64,000 bases of DNA. Source: Candidatus Binatia bacterium (GTDB lineage: Bacteria; Desulfobacterota; Binatia; UBA9968; CAXXLF01). Of this stretch, positions 49,567 to 58,807 are shown one piece after another. The notes under the pieces are model-generated. The model saw nothing but the letters and a program-made list of their open reading frames with translations, made no database searches and was not told the DNA's origin. Made by a program: the position numbers and the translations under genes. Where the stretch lies: contig CAXXLF010000002.1 in assembly GCA_963664015.2 (NCBI GenBank), forward strand, positions 704,001 to 768,000. The letters are read 5' to 3'. Numbering within the stretch: the first letter of the stretch is position 1; each line of letters opens with the position of its first letter.

Positions 49567-50709
49567 ATGCAAGGAACAATGAAAGCCGCCCGGCTTTATG
49601 GATTTAAAAAGACCCACGGGCCCAAGGACCCTAAGGACTTAGTCCGGGTCGAAGAGGTCCCGATCCCCGATATTGGACCAGGCGAGGTCCTGATCCGTGT
49701 CCTCCGCGCGGGACTCAACCACGGCGATCTCCATATCCGGGAGGATGCGCTGCAATTCGCGCCCGACAACACGACCGTGCCTATCCTCCCGATGATCGTG
49801 GGTCACGACGGGCTCGGTGAAGTCGTTGAGGTCGGACCCAACGTGATCAATGTTAAATCGGGAGACCGTGCGGTCGTCATGTGTTCCATCACCTGCGGTT
49901 ATTGCAAATTCTGCCGCTCCGATCGTCAGCACCTATGCGTGATGCACCGGGTGATGGGTTTCGTGGCCAGGTGGCGCGAAGGTGGCCTGGACCAACTGCT
50001 CCGTTATAAAGACGGACTCTGGGCCGAGTACTGTCGCGTGCCGGCGACCAACCTGGCCAAGCTCAGGCCCGATGACGACGTCGACCAGATTTGCAAGGTC
50101 TCCCAGATGACCGTGGGATATCGAGCTCTGAAGCGAGCCCGGCTGCATTCGGGGGAGACGGTAGTTGTCAACGCAGCCACCGGCATTACAGGGATCGGCA
50201 CCGTATTGAGCGCGCTGGCCATGGGTGCCGCGCACATCATCGCAGTGGCCCGTAACCCCGTACGGTTGAAAACTCTACGTAGTATCAATCCCCAGCGAAT
50301 ATCGACGATCGGCCGCGGGGAGCCCATCACCAAGAAAATCCTGGAGCTGACTGAGGGGCAAGGGGCCAGCGTCCTAGCCGATCTGACTCCCGCGGGTGCG
50401 GACTCGACCGTGGAATGCATCAAAGGCCTTGAACCCGGCGGGCGGGTGACCCTGATCGGCGCCAATCCCGAACCGCTTAATCTTCCCATCCGTTACCTCA
50501 TGATTCGATCCATCGAGTTCACCAGCGTGACCGGCCGCCACTACACGGATTTCCCTGAAGTGTTTGACCTGGCCAGGCGCGGTGTGATCGATACCAGGCA
50601 TGTTACCAATAAAATCTTTCCCATCGAGGGTATCAACGATGCCCTCGACTTTATTGAAAAACGAGGCGACAACGACCCCCTGTGGCCTATGTACGCCCCG
50701 AAGGACTGA
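49567..50709 (+). CDS. MDR-family oxidoreductase #3
   Basis: 380 aa; GLNHGD, GHDGLGEV, CGYCKFCRSDRQHLC, VNAATGITGIG. Confidence 0.88.
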   Translation: MQGTMKAARLYGFKKTHGPKDPKDLVRVEEVPIPDIGPGEVLIRVLRAGLNHGDLHIREDALQFAPDNTTVPILPMIVGHDGLGEVVEVGPNVINVKSGDRAVVMCSITCGYCKFCRSDRQHLCVMHRVMGFVARWREGGLDQLLRYKDGLWAEYCRVPATNLAKLRPDDDVDQICKVSQMTVGYRALKRARLHSGETVVVNAATGITGIGTVLSALAMGAAHIIAVARNPVRLKTLRSINPQRISTIGRGEPITKKILELTEGQGASVLADLTPAGADSTVECIKGLEPGGRVTLIGANPEPLNLPIRYLMIRSIEFTSVTGRHYTDFPEVFDLARRGVIDTRHVTNKIFPIEGINDALDFIEKRGDNDPLWPMYAPKD

Positions 50710-50742
50710 AACATCTAGTCAAAATGACATAAGGAGAAGATC

Positions 50743-50925
50743 ATGGCAGATTTCGAATACGTACCGTGTCCCAAATGTCAGAAGAAGTTCATGGTGGGAG
50801 AAGAGTTTTTCCGTCTAGCAGAAGCCTACTGCCACTGCCCCTATTGCGCTAACGAGTTTAAAGTCGGAGTCGCCGCAGGCGACGCCTCACGCCCAGGGGC
50901 GCAGGGCAAGTACAACCCCTATTAA
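50743..50925 (+). CDS. Small zinc-ribbon protein
   Basis: 60 aa; CPKC...CHCPYC; strong RBS AAGGAGA; 33 nt after MDR #3. Confidence 0.75.
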   Translation: MADFEYVPCPKCQKKFMVGEEFFRLAEAYCHCPYCANEFKVGVAAGDASRPGAQGKYNPY

Positions 50926-51097
50926 TCTCAATCAGTTTCTGGTTCTAGCCCCTCCTCCCAGATTTGGATTCGGGTAGAGTATAGTTGCAAGTCACATCGT
51001 GCAAAAGCAACTGTCTTTCTGTCCCGTTCCGTGGAACCGTGAAGAATTACAATATCCTATAACTGATTTTCCGCTTTTAAGATTCAAGGAACTAACG

Positions 51098-51629
51098 ATG
51101 CGAATGTGGATATGGTTGTGCAGTTTGGGAAGTGTTTTAGCCATCGCCCCAGGTTGTGAGAAAAAGCCACAACCTGTCGAGCGCGGCAAATACCTTACCA
51201 CAGTCATGGGCTGCCACGACGGCCAGACGGCGCTCCCGTACTCGACATGACACGCCAACTCTCCGGCCATCCGAATAGGCTCCCGCATCCTACCTGGAAA
51301 ACCTCTGACATGCAGCAGCGCAATACTATTGCACTAACCAACTCATACTTGACCGCCTGGGCCGGCCCCTGGGGGGTGAGTTTCGCCACAAATATCACCC
51401 CGGATATGGAGACGGGTATCGCCGAATGGGAAGAATCAACGTTTCATCAGGCGTTGCGCACGGGAGAGCACCAAGGCCAGCCAAACGCCCGTGCTATCCT
51501 ACTACCCATGCCCTGGCCTACGATTGGGCTGGCGACGGATAAGGACCTAAAATCGATCTGGGCCTCTTGAGGAGCATTCCGCTCATCAGCAATCAAGTAC
51601 CCTTTCCCGTGCCACCTGGAGTTCAGTAA
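51098..51629 (+). pseudogene. Cytochrome c (diheme c-553-like) pseudogene
   Basis: VERGKYL..VMGCHD (CxxCH broken by a deletion/frameshift), then LSGHP, AWAGPWGVSFATNITPD.ETGI, ILLPMPW, DLKSIWA, followed by a further frameshift. Confidence 0.75.
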
Positions 51630-51719
51630 TCTACCACCTGCAATGGACGGTAGCCTGAAGCAATTTCAATAGACCAATCCCTGGCAACCCCGAATACTGG
51701 AATGATATAATCGAGCAAT

Positions 51720-52370
51720 ATGGATACGTGCTGTGAGGACAAATCAACAGAGATTGAAAGCCTGAAGGCCACACACAAGCGTGTCCTGATAGCGGTTTTG
51801 ACCATCAACGCGGTTTTGTTTTTTGTCGAGGTCATCGCCGGATGGATTGCTCATTCCACGGCCCTCCTTGCCGATTCTCTAGACATGCTTGGCGACTCTC
51901 TGGTTTACGGTTTCAGTCTATATGTGCTCTGGCGCAGCACCCAGTGGAAAGCCCTGGCGGCGATTCTCAAAGGCATCATCATGGCTCTGTTCGGACTAGG
52001 GGTCCTGGGAGAAGTCGTCTATAAAGTCGTCGCGGGACTGGTGCCCGACGCTGGAACAATGGGCATTATTGGCATCCTGGTTCTGGTCGGTAACGGGGTG
52101 TGTTTCTGGCTGCTGTACCGTCATTGCTCCGATGATATTAATATGCGATCCACGTGGCTTTGCTCGCGTAACGATATCATCGCCAATCTCTCGATTTTGG
52201 TGGCGGCGGTAGGAGTCGTTCTTTTCGACTCTATCTGGCCTGATGTCCTAGTAGGAACCGCCATCGCCCTTCTCTTCCTTCGAACCGCATGGACAGTATT
52301 GTCCGAGTCCTTTGGAGAGTATTCCAGGCTAAGGCTCGCGACCGAATCGGCAAGCGGATCCGGGGGATAA
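51720..52370 (+). CDS. Cation transporter (CDF-like Co/Zn/Cd efflux, TM domain only)
   Basis: 216 aa; STALLADSLDMLGD, DDINMRSTWLCSRND, WPDV. Confidence 0.88.
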   Translation: MDTCCEDKSTEIESLKATHKRVLIAVLTINAVLFFVEVIAGWIAHSTALLADSLDMLGDSLVYGFSLYVLWRSTQWKALAAILKGIIMALFGLGVLGEVVYKVVAGLVPDAGTMGIIGILVLVGNGVCFWLLYRHCSDDINMRSTWLCSRNDIIANLSILVAAVGVVLFDSIWPDVLVGTAIALLFLRTAWTVLSESFGEYSRLRLATESASGSGG

Positions 52371-52423
52371 GATACGGGCAGGATTCGCCCATTCTTTCAC
52401 GTTATCTTACTGCACGATATTTT

Positions 52424-53572
52424 TTACCATAGCTGCTTGGTTGCGAGGGCCGCGCCTTCGGCCATGGCCTTGAACTTGGCCCAGACAATCTGGGGATGGC
52501 CGACTCTGGTACCAAGACCACAGTCGGTGTCCGCCATAACGTTCTCACGACCCACCAGCTTGGCAAATTTCACAAGCCGCTCCGCTACAAGCTCCGGATG
52601 CTCGATAAAATCCGAATAGTGACCGACGACTCCCGGGATGAGCACCTTTCCCTCGGGGAACTTGACCTCCTCCCACACCCGCCATTCGTGTTCGTGGCAG
52701 GGATTTGATGCCTCGATAGAGTAGACGGTCGCCCGCACCTTCAGAATGATATCGACGATATCTTTAAGCGGGATGTCGTACTTGTGGGGACCGTTGTAGC
52801 TTCCCCAGCACATATGAAACCGGATCTTCTCCTCCGGGATGTCCCTCAAGCCGTGATTCAAGGCATCGATGCGAAGCTCCGCGAACCTCCGGTACTCAGC
52901 GAGACTCATGTCGTGGTTGATCTGCCAGCCATCGGCTAGATCGGGATCGTCAATCTGAAGCGTGAACCCGGCATCCACGATGGCCTTGTACTCCTCGTGC
53001 ATGGCGTCGGCAATGCCGTAGAGATAGGCCTCATCGTTCGGATAATAGTCATTCTTCATCCTATGCTCGATGGTACCCGGTGCCACTGCGGGTAGGAAGG
53101 CATCTTCGACTTTGACACCCCGGAGTGCCTCCTTGAAATTTGCGATGTCCGTCCGTAAAAAGTCACGGCCGATGTAAGTGAGTGGCTCGATGCAGAAATA
53201 CGGCCTCGAGTGTCTTCCACGGGTAATCTCGCCCAATTTTCCTAGGTACTCGGGGAAGTCGGCCATATCGCGTCCGAAGATCATGGAAGTCCGGCTTCCA
53301 GGCTTGGGGTCCCTGGCTTCGAAACCGCTTAGCCGCTCAAAAACATAACGGGAAAAGTTTGTTTTCCCCAACTCCCCGTCGTTCACGCTGTCGATGCCTG
53401 ACTCGACCTGTTTTTGCACCCCTTCCGAAACGGCGCTTTTCAAACGCTTCTCGAAGGCCTCCTTGTCGTAGGGCTTTTTGTCGTCTCGCGGGACGAACAT
53501 CTTCCAAAGATCATCGGGCCTAGGCAAACTCCCCGCGTGGGTTACTAGTATTCTTTCCGTACTGCGCTTCAT
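52424..53572 (-). CDS. MetE-like (cobalamin-independent methionine synthase II / epoxyalkane:CoM transferase family) protein #1
   Basis: ILVTHAGSLPRP, NDGE, LQIDDPDL, RFHMCWG, HEHEW, EHPELVAER, TDCG; single catalytic domain; start ATG 53572. Confidence 0.9.
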   Translation of the reverse strand: MKRSTERILVTHAGSLPRPDDLWKMFVPRDDKKPYDKEAFEKRLKSAVSEGVQKQVESGIDSVNDGELGKTNFSRYVFERLSGFEARDPKPGSRTSMIFGRDMADFPEYLGKLGEITRGRHSRPYFCIEPLTYIGRDFLRTDIANFKEALRGVKVEDAFLPAVAPGTIEHRMKNDYYPNDEAYLYGIADAMHEEYKAIVDAGFTLQIDDPDLADGWQINHDMSLAEYRRFAELRIDALNHGLRDIPEEKIRFHMCWGSYNGPHKYDIPLKDIVDIILKVRATVYSIEASNPCHEHEWRVWEEVKFPEGKVLIPGVVGHYSDFIEHPELVAERLVKFAKLVGRENVMADTDCGLGTRVGHPQIVWAKFKAMAEGAALATKQLW

Positions 53573-53740
53573 CTCTGACCTCCCTGCAAAGTGTTCTCGA
53601 TGCTGGTTCCACCCGGGAATCCAGGCGAGCCTAATGAAAGTATGCAGCCCGATGGGAAACGTCAAGTCATGGGATTTTCTACTGCTGAATAAGCATCGTG
53701 AATTTGAAATCAACCGAATGCCCTACCCCACCCAACCCTA

Positions 53741-53768
53741 TTGACATGATTTGGGAGACTGATATAAG
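53741..53768 (+). promoter_or_regulatory. Putative sigma70 promoter
   Basis: TTGACA-N16-TATAAG upstream of the DppA-like gene. Confidence 0.45.
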
Positions 53769-53840
53769 CGGAACCAACTCCGAAGCCCCCATGGGCTGAA
53801 ACCAGCTGCGATATTGGCTCATTACACAAGGAGGTTAGTT

Positions 53841-55397
53841 ATGAGACGGGTCTTAACCATCTTTAGCATCGCGCTCATGTTCGCCCTGCCCGCCATGGCC
53901 CAAATGGGCTCCGAATCACCCAAGCGTGGCGGCACCCTCACCATGGCAACAAGAAAAGAAATAACATTGATGAATCCCCTAGTGCGCACATCATCCACCG
54001 ACCGGGAAATCCGACAGCTCATGTACGAGCCGCTTCTCGCCATCGACATCAAAGGTAGTCTCGCGCCCAGGCTCGCCGAGAGCTGGGAGTTTTCAAAGGA
54101 TGGGAAGGTCGCAATCTTCAAGCTGCGCAAAGGCGTAAAGTTCCACAACGGCCAGGAAATGACCGCCGAGGACGCCAAGTTTGCCATAGACTACACATTG
54201 GACAAGAACAACGTCGCCTACGGCTACAGCATCCTCCAAGTCGTGGAGCGGGTGGAAACCCCGGAAAAGTACACATTGAAGGTCCACCTAAAAAACCCCA
54301 CCCCTGGCTTCTTTTACGCTATGAGCAATATTCGGGCTTTCTCCGTCATCCCCAAGGGATCGGTAGAAGCGAGGAACCTTAAACCGATGGCGTACCCTCC
54401 GGGAACGGGCCCGTTCCGGTTTGCTGAATGGAAACCCAAACAACGGCTTACCTTGCAGCGTTTCGATGACTACTGGGGCCAGAAGGTGTTGATCAACCGG
54501 TTGGTCCTCAGGCCCATTCACAACGCCACCGTACGCATGACCGCCCTAAGGGCCGGCGACGTGGACTTGATCGAGGCCGCACCCTGGGAATGGGTAACGC
54601 AAATCAAGGCCGGAAAGCTCAAGGGTATAGGCTACTCGGAAGGCTCCGATGCCGGCTTTCGGGTGATCAAGTTCAACGCAGCCGGCCGACCATTCAAAAA
54701 CAAGAAACTCCGCCAGGCCGTGGCCTATGGCATAGACAAAAATGAATTTCTCCAGGCAACGTACTTCGGCTTCGGACAGCCGACGGACCAGCGCTATCCC
54801 AAAGGCCACGCGTGGTACGTTGACGAGGCTCGATTCCCCGCACATGACATGGAGCGAGCAAAGGCCCTTCTCAAGGAGGCCGGTTACAACGGAGAGACCA
54901 TCGAGTTTAGCGTCCGGCAAGGAGAGGGGGAAACCGAGGCGCTCACGGTCCAGGCCCAACTCAAGAGGATCGGGATGAAGGTCAGGATAAAACTGATGGA
55001 ATACGGGCACTACAGGGCCCTCCGACGCACCGGCGAGTTCCAAATGGTCCCAGGGGGAGGAGACTACGAGCCGGATCCCATCGCCACTTACGGGGATCAG
55101 TTTCGCTGTCCTGCTAACCTGAAAAAACGGACGGCCAACGATACCGGTTACTGCGACAAGGAAATGGATTCTCTAATCGGAGCGGCGGAAACCGAGTTAG
55201 ACGCGTCCAAGAGGAAGACTCTGGTCCAAAAGATCGTTAAGAAACTCGCCGTGGACGTCCCAGAAATTCCCGTCGGCTTTGTACCTCGTTTTTTTGCCTT
55301 TCGCGACTACGTGAAAGGCTTCAAGACGGACCGCCAAGGATCTTTCCAATGGCTGGGCGGCGGCCTGAGCCACGCCTGGATTGACAAGAAACGCTAA
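53841..55397 (+). CDS. ABC transporter substrate-binding protein, family 5 (DppA/OppA-like)
   Basis: Signal peptide; PKRGGTL, LAESWE, FKLRKGVKFHNG, GTGPF, LRQAVAYGID; AGGAGG RBS. Confidence 0.92.
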   Translation: MRRVLTIFSIALMFALPAMAQMGSESPKRGGTLTMATRKEITLMNPLVRTSSTDREIRQLMYEPLLAIDIKGSLAPRLAESWEFSKDGKVAIFKLRKGVKFHNGQEMTAEDAKFAIDYTLDKNNVAYGYSILQVVERVETPEKYTLKVHLKNPTPGFFYAMSNIRAFSVIPKGSVEARNLKPMAYPPGTGPFRFAEWKPKQRLTLQRFDDYWGQKVLINRLVLRPIHNATVRMTALRAGDVDLIEAAPWEWVTQIKAGKLKGIGYSEGSDAGFRVIKFNAAGRPFKNKKLRQAVAYGIDKNEFLQATYFGFGQPTDQRYPKGHAWYVDEARFPAHDMERAKALLKEAGYNGETIEFSVRQGEGETEALTVQAQLKRIGMKVRIKLMEYGHYRALRRTGEFQMVPGGGDYEPDPIATYGDQFRCPANLKKRTANDTGYCDKEMDSLIGAAETELDASKRKTLVQKIVKKLAVDVPEIPVGFVPRFFAFRDYVKGFKTDRQGSFQWLGGGLSHAWIDKKR

Positions 55398-55779
55398 GGG
55401 GGCCTATGTCACAAGATACAAAAGGCCCACTTGTTTACCAACCAAGTCGTCTGCCCTAGAGTGAAACACTATTAATGTAATGCGTCGTTTAATTGCGCTT
55501 GACCTGCAATGGCCCCCCCCTGACAGGCCTTTCCTGTCTGATATTGCTCCCTCTAACAGCCTCCCCCACTATTGATACGGCTCCCATCGTGTGAGGCCCC
55601 ATCAGACCGGCACTAAGAGGTCGTCATGAAAAGTTCATCGAACCTAACTGTGCGACTAACCATCGCACCTTCATCTGGTATCAACCAGTTAAAAGCGGGG
55701 CCAGGCACCCTAATCGGAACAGCATTCATTGGCCGAACTGGAGAAACGGGTAAGCAAGCTGTCTTCGCAGGAGGTCCCC

Positions 55780-56568
55780 ATGATAGAGCTTTATCACAAT
55801 GACATGTCGACTTGCTCGCAGAAGGTACGCTTTACGCTTGGGGAGAAGGAGCTCACTTGGACAGGGCGCCACCTCAACCTGAGAGCCCGAGACCACCAAA
55901 AGCCTGACTACATTAAGCTCAATCCGAATGCTGTCGTTCCAACATTGGTTGATAATGGGAAGGTCATCATTGAATCGACTGTCATTAACGAATACTTGGA
56001 CGACGCATATCCGGACCATCCGCTACGCCCGGCTGATCCTCACGCACGGGTCCGTATGCGGCTTTGGACAAAGCAACTTGATGAAGGCCTCCACGCTGCA
56101 ACAGGCGTATTGAGCACCGGTATCGCCTTCCGGTACCAGAAACTAGCGCTGCCGCCTGATGAACTCGAAGCTTTAATTACCAATGTCCCGGACTCAGCAA
56201 AGCGGCTGCGAACTCGCGAAGATATAATGCAAGGCGTGGAATCGGGTTATCTTGTCGATGCGGTGAAGAGATTCGATAAACTACTAGCGGATTTCGAAAT
56301 GGGGCTGACGAACGATTTGTGGCTTGCCGGAAGCGATTTTTCCTTAGCAGACATTGCGTATGCACCCTACATGATTCGTCTCGAACATCTTCAGCTACAG
56401 ATACTATGGGACAGGCGGCCCCGTGTCGCCACTTGGTACGCCCATCTGCAAGAACGGAGCGGTTTCAGAGCAGCGACAACTGAATGGCTAAACCAATCTT
56501 ACCTGACTTTAATGGAAGAAAAGGGCAAAGAAGCTCAACCAAAGATCAAGGCCATTTTGCAAACCTAG
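55780..56568 (+). CDS. Glutathione S-transferase family protein
   Basis: MIELYHNDMSTCSQKVR, LNPNAVVPTL, IIESTVINEYLDD, FSLADI; AGGAGG RBS before ATG 55780. Confidence 0.92.
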   Translation: MIELYHNDMSTCSQKVRFTLGEKELTWTGRHLNLRARDHQKPDYIKLNPNAVVPTLVDNGKVIIESTVINEYLDDAYPDHPLRPADPHARVRMRLWTKQLDEGLHAATGVLSTGIAFRYQKLALPPDELEALITNVPDSAKRLRTREDIMQGVESGYLVDAVKRFDKLLADFEMGLTNDLWLAGSDFSLADIAYAPYMIRLEHLQLQILWDRRPRVATWYAHLQERSGFRAATTEWLNQSYLTLMEEKGKEAQPKIKAILQT

Positions 56569-56653
56569 TCGTGGGCGATGCCTTGGTCGCGAAAAGTAAC
56601 TTCCGTGGTATGGACGCTAGAAAAAACAGGAGGTCAACAGAAAAAGGGAAAAG

Positions 56654-56737
56654 GTGCTAGGTACACTGGACCCGAAGGCCACGCGAATGATCTTCTACGA
56701 AAACGCCAAGAAATTGCTTGGCAACGCTACGGCCTGA
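56654..56737 (+). pseudogene. C-terminal remnant of an amidohydrolase gene
   Basis: LDPKATRMIFYENAKKLLG* resembles the terminal 'ENA..L' helix of amidohydrolase_2 proteins; no upstream body. Confidence 0.45.
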
Positions 56738-56992
56738 TTGTTTCCTTTGTCTAAAAAGAGAAAAAAACGATACTGGGACCAAAAAGACTGATACCCGGTG
56801 TGAGACGAAATTAAAGCGTCGTTTAATTGCGCCCTGGCGGTCTGATACAGAGCAAACCCAGGCCCAGAGTGGCTCCGAGCCTAACTAGGAATTACATTTA
56901 AACGAATTGCTTCTGAGCGGGCTTAAAAGGCGAATTGCCAATTAAAATGTTTCTGATCACTGCCCGCTTTTTGTCCGAGTACTGGAGGAGAC

Positions 56993-57031
56993 AGGCCCCA
57001 AAGGCTGCCTAAGAGCAGACCTCTGGGGCTT
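56993..57031. terminator. Hairpin, probable terminator
   Basis: AGGCCCCAAAGGCTGC-ctaaga-GCAGACCTCTGGGGCTT downstream of the minus-strand cupin gene. Confidence 0.45.
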
Positions 57032-57092
57032 GAAAACTTGGGTTTTGTAGGAAGGTTTAGGCTCTAGTCACTGCCAGGAATTGAATGGTATC

Positions 57093-57554
57093 CTAGGCTC
57101 CGAAGAACTTGCCCGGTATGAGAGCTGGCTCAACGTGTTTGTTTTCTTCCGAATCGCCGAGAATGGGATGACCGTCGGGCGCAATACGCGTCGCCTGCCC
57201 GCCTTTCTTTTCACCCGCCCCCACACGGACAACCATCAGGTTACCGGGACCCGTATTCAAATAGCGGTAGAAGGCTCCCTTGGGAATCATAATCCCCTGG
57301 TGGGGGCCCAGGACGGTCCCTTTTCCCTCTTCATCGAAGAAGGTGACCTCGCCTTCGAGCACAATAAAGGCGTGATCCTCCTGAGTGTGACAGTGTATGG
57401 CGTTCTCTCCCCCCTCGGCGTTCATCTTGGCGTGGATCCACAGACCTTCCGTCTTGGATACCAGATTGGTCACACGACCGGCAGAGAGGTACGGTGTCTT
57501 GAGAGAGAACACCTCGGCTTTGGGCTTAACTTCAGTTTGCATGGGTTTTGCCAT
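57093..57554 (-). CDS. Monocupin protein
   Basis: GGENAIHCHTQEDHAFIVLEGE...GIMIPKGAFY; AAGGAG RBS. Confidence 0.85.
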   Translation of the reverse strand: MAKPMQTEVKPKAEVFSLKTPYLSAGRVTNLVSKTEGLWIHAKMNAEGGENAIHCHTQEDHAFIVLEGEVTFFDEEGKGTVLGPHQGIMIPKGAFYRYLNTGPGNLMVVRVGAGEKKGGQATRIAPDGHPILGDSEENKHVEPALIPGKFFGA

Positions 57555-57585
57555 CGTCAACTCCTTGAGATTTCGAACAGGTAAG

Positions 57586-58647
57586 TTACACGCTAATTCC
57601 GGGAATCTTCAGGTCATACAGCCGTACCACGTTCTCTCGCAGGACTTTCCGGAGCACCTCCTGAGGCAGGTGACCCAGTTCCCGCGCGATCACTTCCCGG
57701 GAGTGAGGCCAGGTGGAGGCAGGATGGGGATAGTCATTGGACCACATACAGGTATCGGCGCCCCACCAGTCCAACAGGTGCCCTCCGGTCGGATCGCTAA
57801 AGAAGGTCGCGAAGACTTGTTCGTTTACGTATTCACTGGGCAGTTTGGTGATGGAAATCGGCCGCCTGGGGCTGTGTCGAATATAATATTTGTCCCATTC
57901 GTGGGTGAAGAAGGGGATCCACCCCATCTCGTTTTCCACGAGGACGATCTTCAAGCGCGGGAAGCGATCCAGCACCCCTGAAAAGACAAGATCAAATAGG
58001 GCATTGGCAGCATCGGTCAGTTTGAGGTTGACGCTGGCACGGTAGGCCTCGATGCCATCACGCCCGCCCAGATTTTGGCTGTAGTTGAAGCCCGTGAGGA
58101 TATGGAGGTTCACCGGCATGTTGAGATCCTGAGCCGCCTCCCAGAAGGGCTCGTAGTAATCCGTAGTAAAGGAGAGGTTCTCCGGCGGGACCTGCCAGAT
58201 GAGAGCGCCTTTCATCCCTTCCTTCTTACAGCGCTCCAGCTCTTTGATGGCGTTTTTGATATTATACATCGATATCATGGGGATACCGACCAACCGATCG
58301 GGCGCTACCTGGCAGTATTCAATGAGCCAGTCGTTGGCGATTTGAAAACAGGCCTCTTGCGCCTCCGCATCCTTCATGGCATAGAGGCGCAGCCCCAGTG
58401 TAGGATACAAGACTTCGGCGGTGACTCCGTCAACGGCCATTTCGTCGAGCCGCACCTTGGAGTCGCTGCCCCCTGGCTTCTGCCCTGCCCCTTGGCGGGG
58501 CGGAAATTTCGGTCCTCGCTCTTTCAGAGCGGCGGGCAACCGTTTCTCCCATAGATCCGGCGGTTCTGAAATGTGGGAATCTGCGGAGATGAGAATCTCT
58601 TGGGAAACTACGGACTCAGCGTTCCGGGCAAGGAAAACTGTGCTCAT
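57586..58647 (-). CDS. Amidohydrolase_2-family protein
   Basis: 353 aa; ISADSHISEPPDLW, PVNLHI, VLDRFPRLKIVLVE, MWSNDYPH, ENVVRLY. Confidence 0.92.
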   Translation of the reverse strand: MSTVFLARNAESVVSQEILISADSHISEPPDLWEKRLPAALKERGPKFPPRQGAGQKPGGSDSKVRLDEMAVDGVTAEVLYPTLGLRLYAMKDAEAQEACFQIANDWLIEYCQVAPDRLVGIPMISMYNIKNAIKELERCKKEGMKGALIWQVPPENLSFTTDYYEPFWEAAQDLNMPVNLHILTGFNYSQNLGGRDGIEAYRASVNLKLTDAANALFDLVFSGVLDRFPRLKIVLVENEMGWIPFFTHEWDKYYIRHSPRRPISITKLPSEYVNEQVFATFFSDPTGGHLLDWWGADTCMWSNDYPHPASTWPHSREVIARELGHLPQEVLRKVLRENVVRLYDLKIPGISV

Positions 58648-58807
58648 AAAATGCTCCTTGTTTCGGCTCGATTCTCTTGGTCCAACTCTGCTTCTTCAAT
58701 GGCAATCGGTCTCTTGTACGCCATTGCAGTCGAGTTGTCCATAGGGGCAACCCCCTTGACTCGAACCGTATGGAATAGCTATGGAATAGGCGTCAGAAAC
58801 GGGCATA

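Larger units (their letters stand above)
55482..56832 (+). repeat. 17-bp direct repeat GCGTCGTTTAATTGCGC at 55482-55498 and 56816-56832
   Basis: Two identical copies bracket the GST gene. Confidence 0.65.

Noticed and set aside
45375-50709. Assembly artefact as the cause of the UbiD-MDR duplication
   Set aside because: The copies differ at many synonymous and non-synonymous sites and have different intergenic sequences.
14982-55779. Extended N-termini in the ORF track (14982, 31076, 31915, 42298, 42804, 53713, 53814, 55729)
   Set aside because: Downstream starts have a better RBS or stop-start coupling and match family N-termini; the extensions overlap neighbouring genes or promoters.
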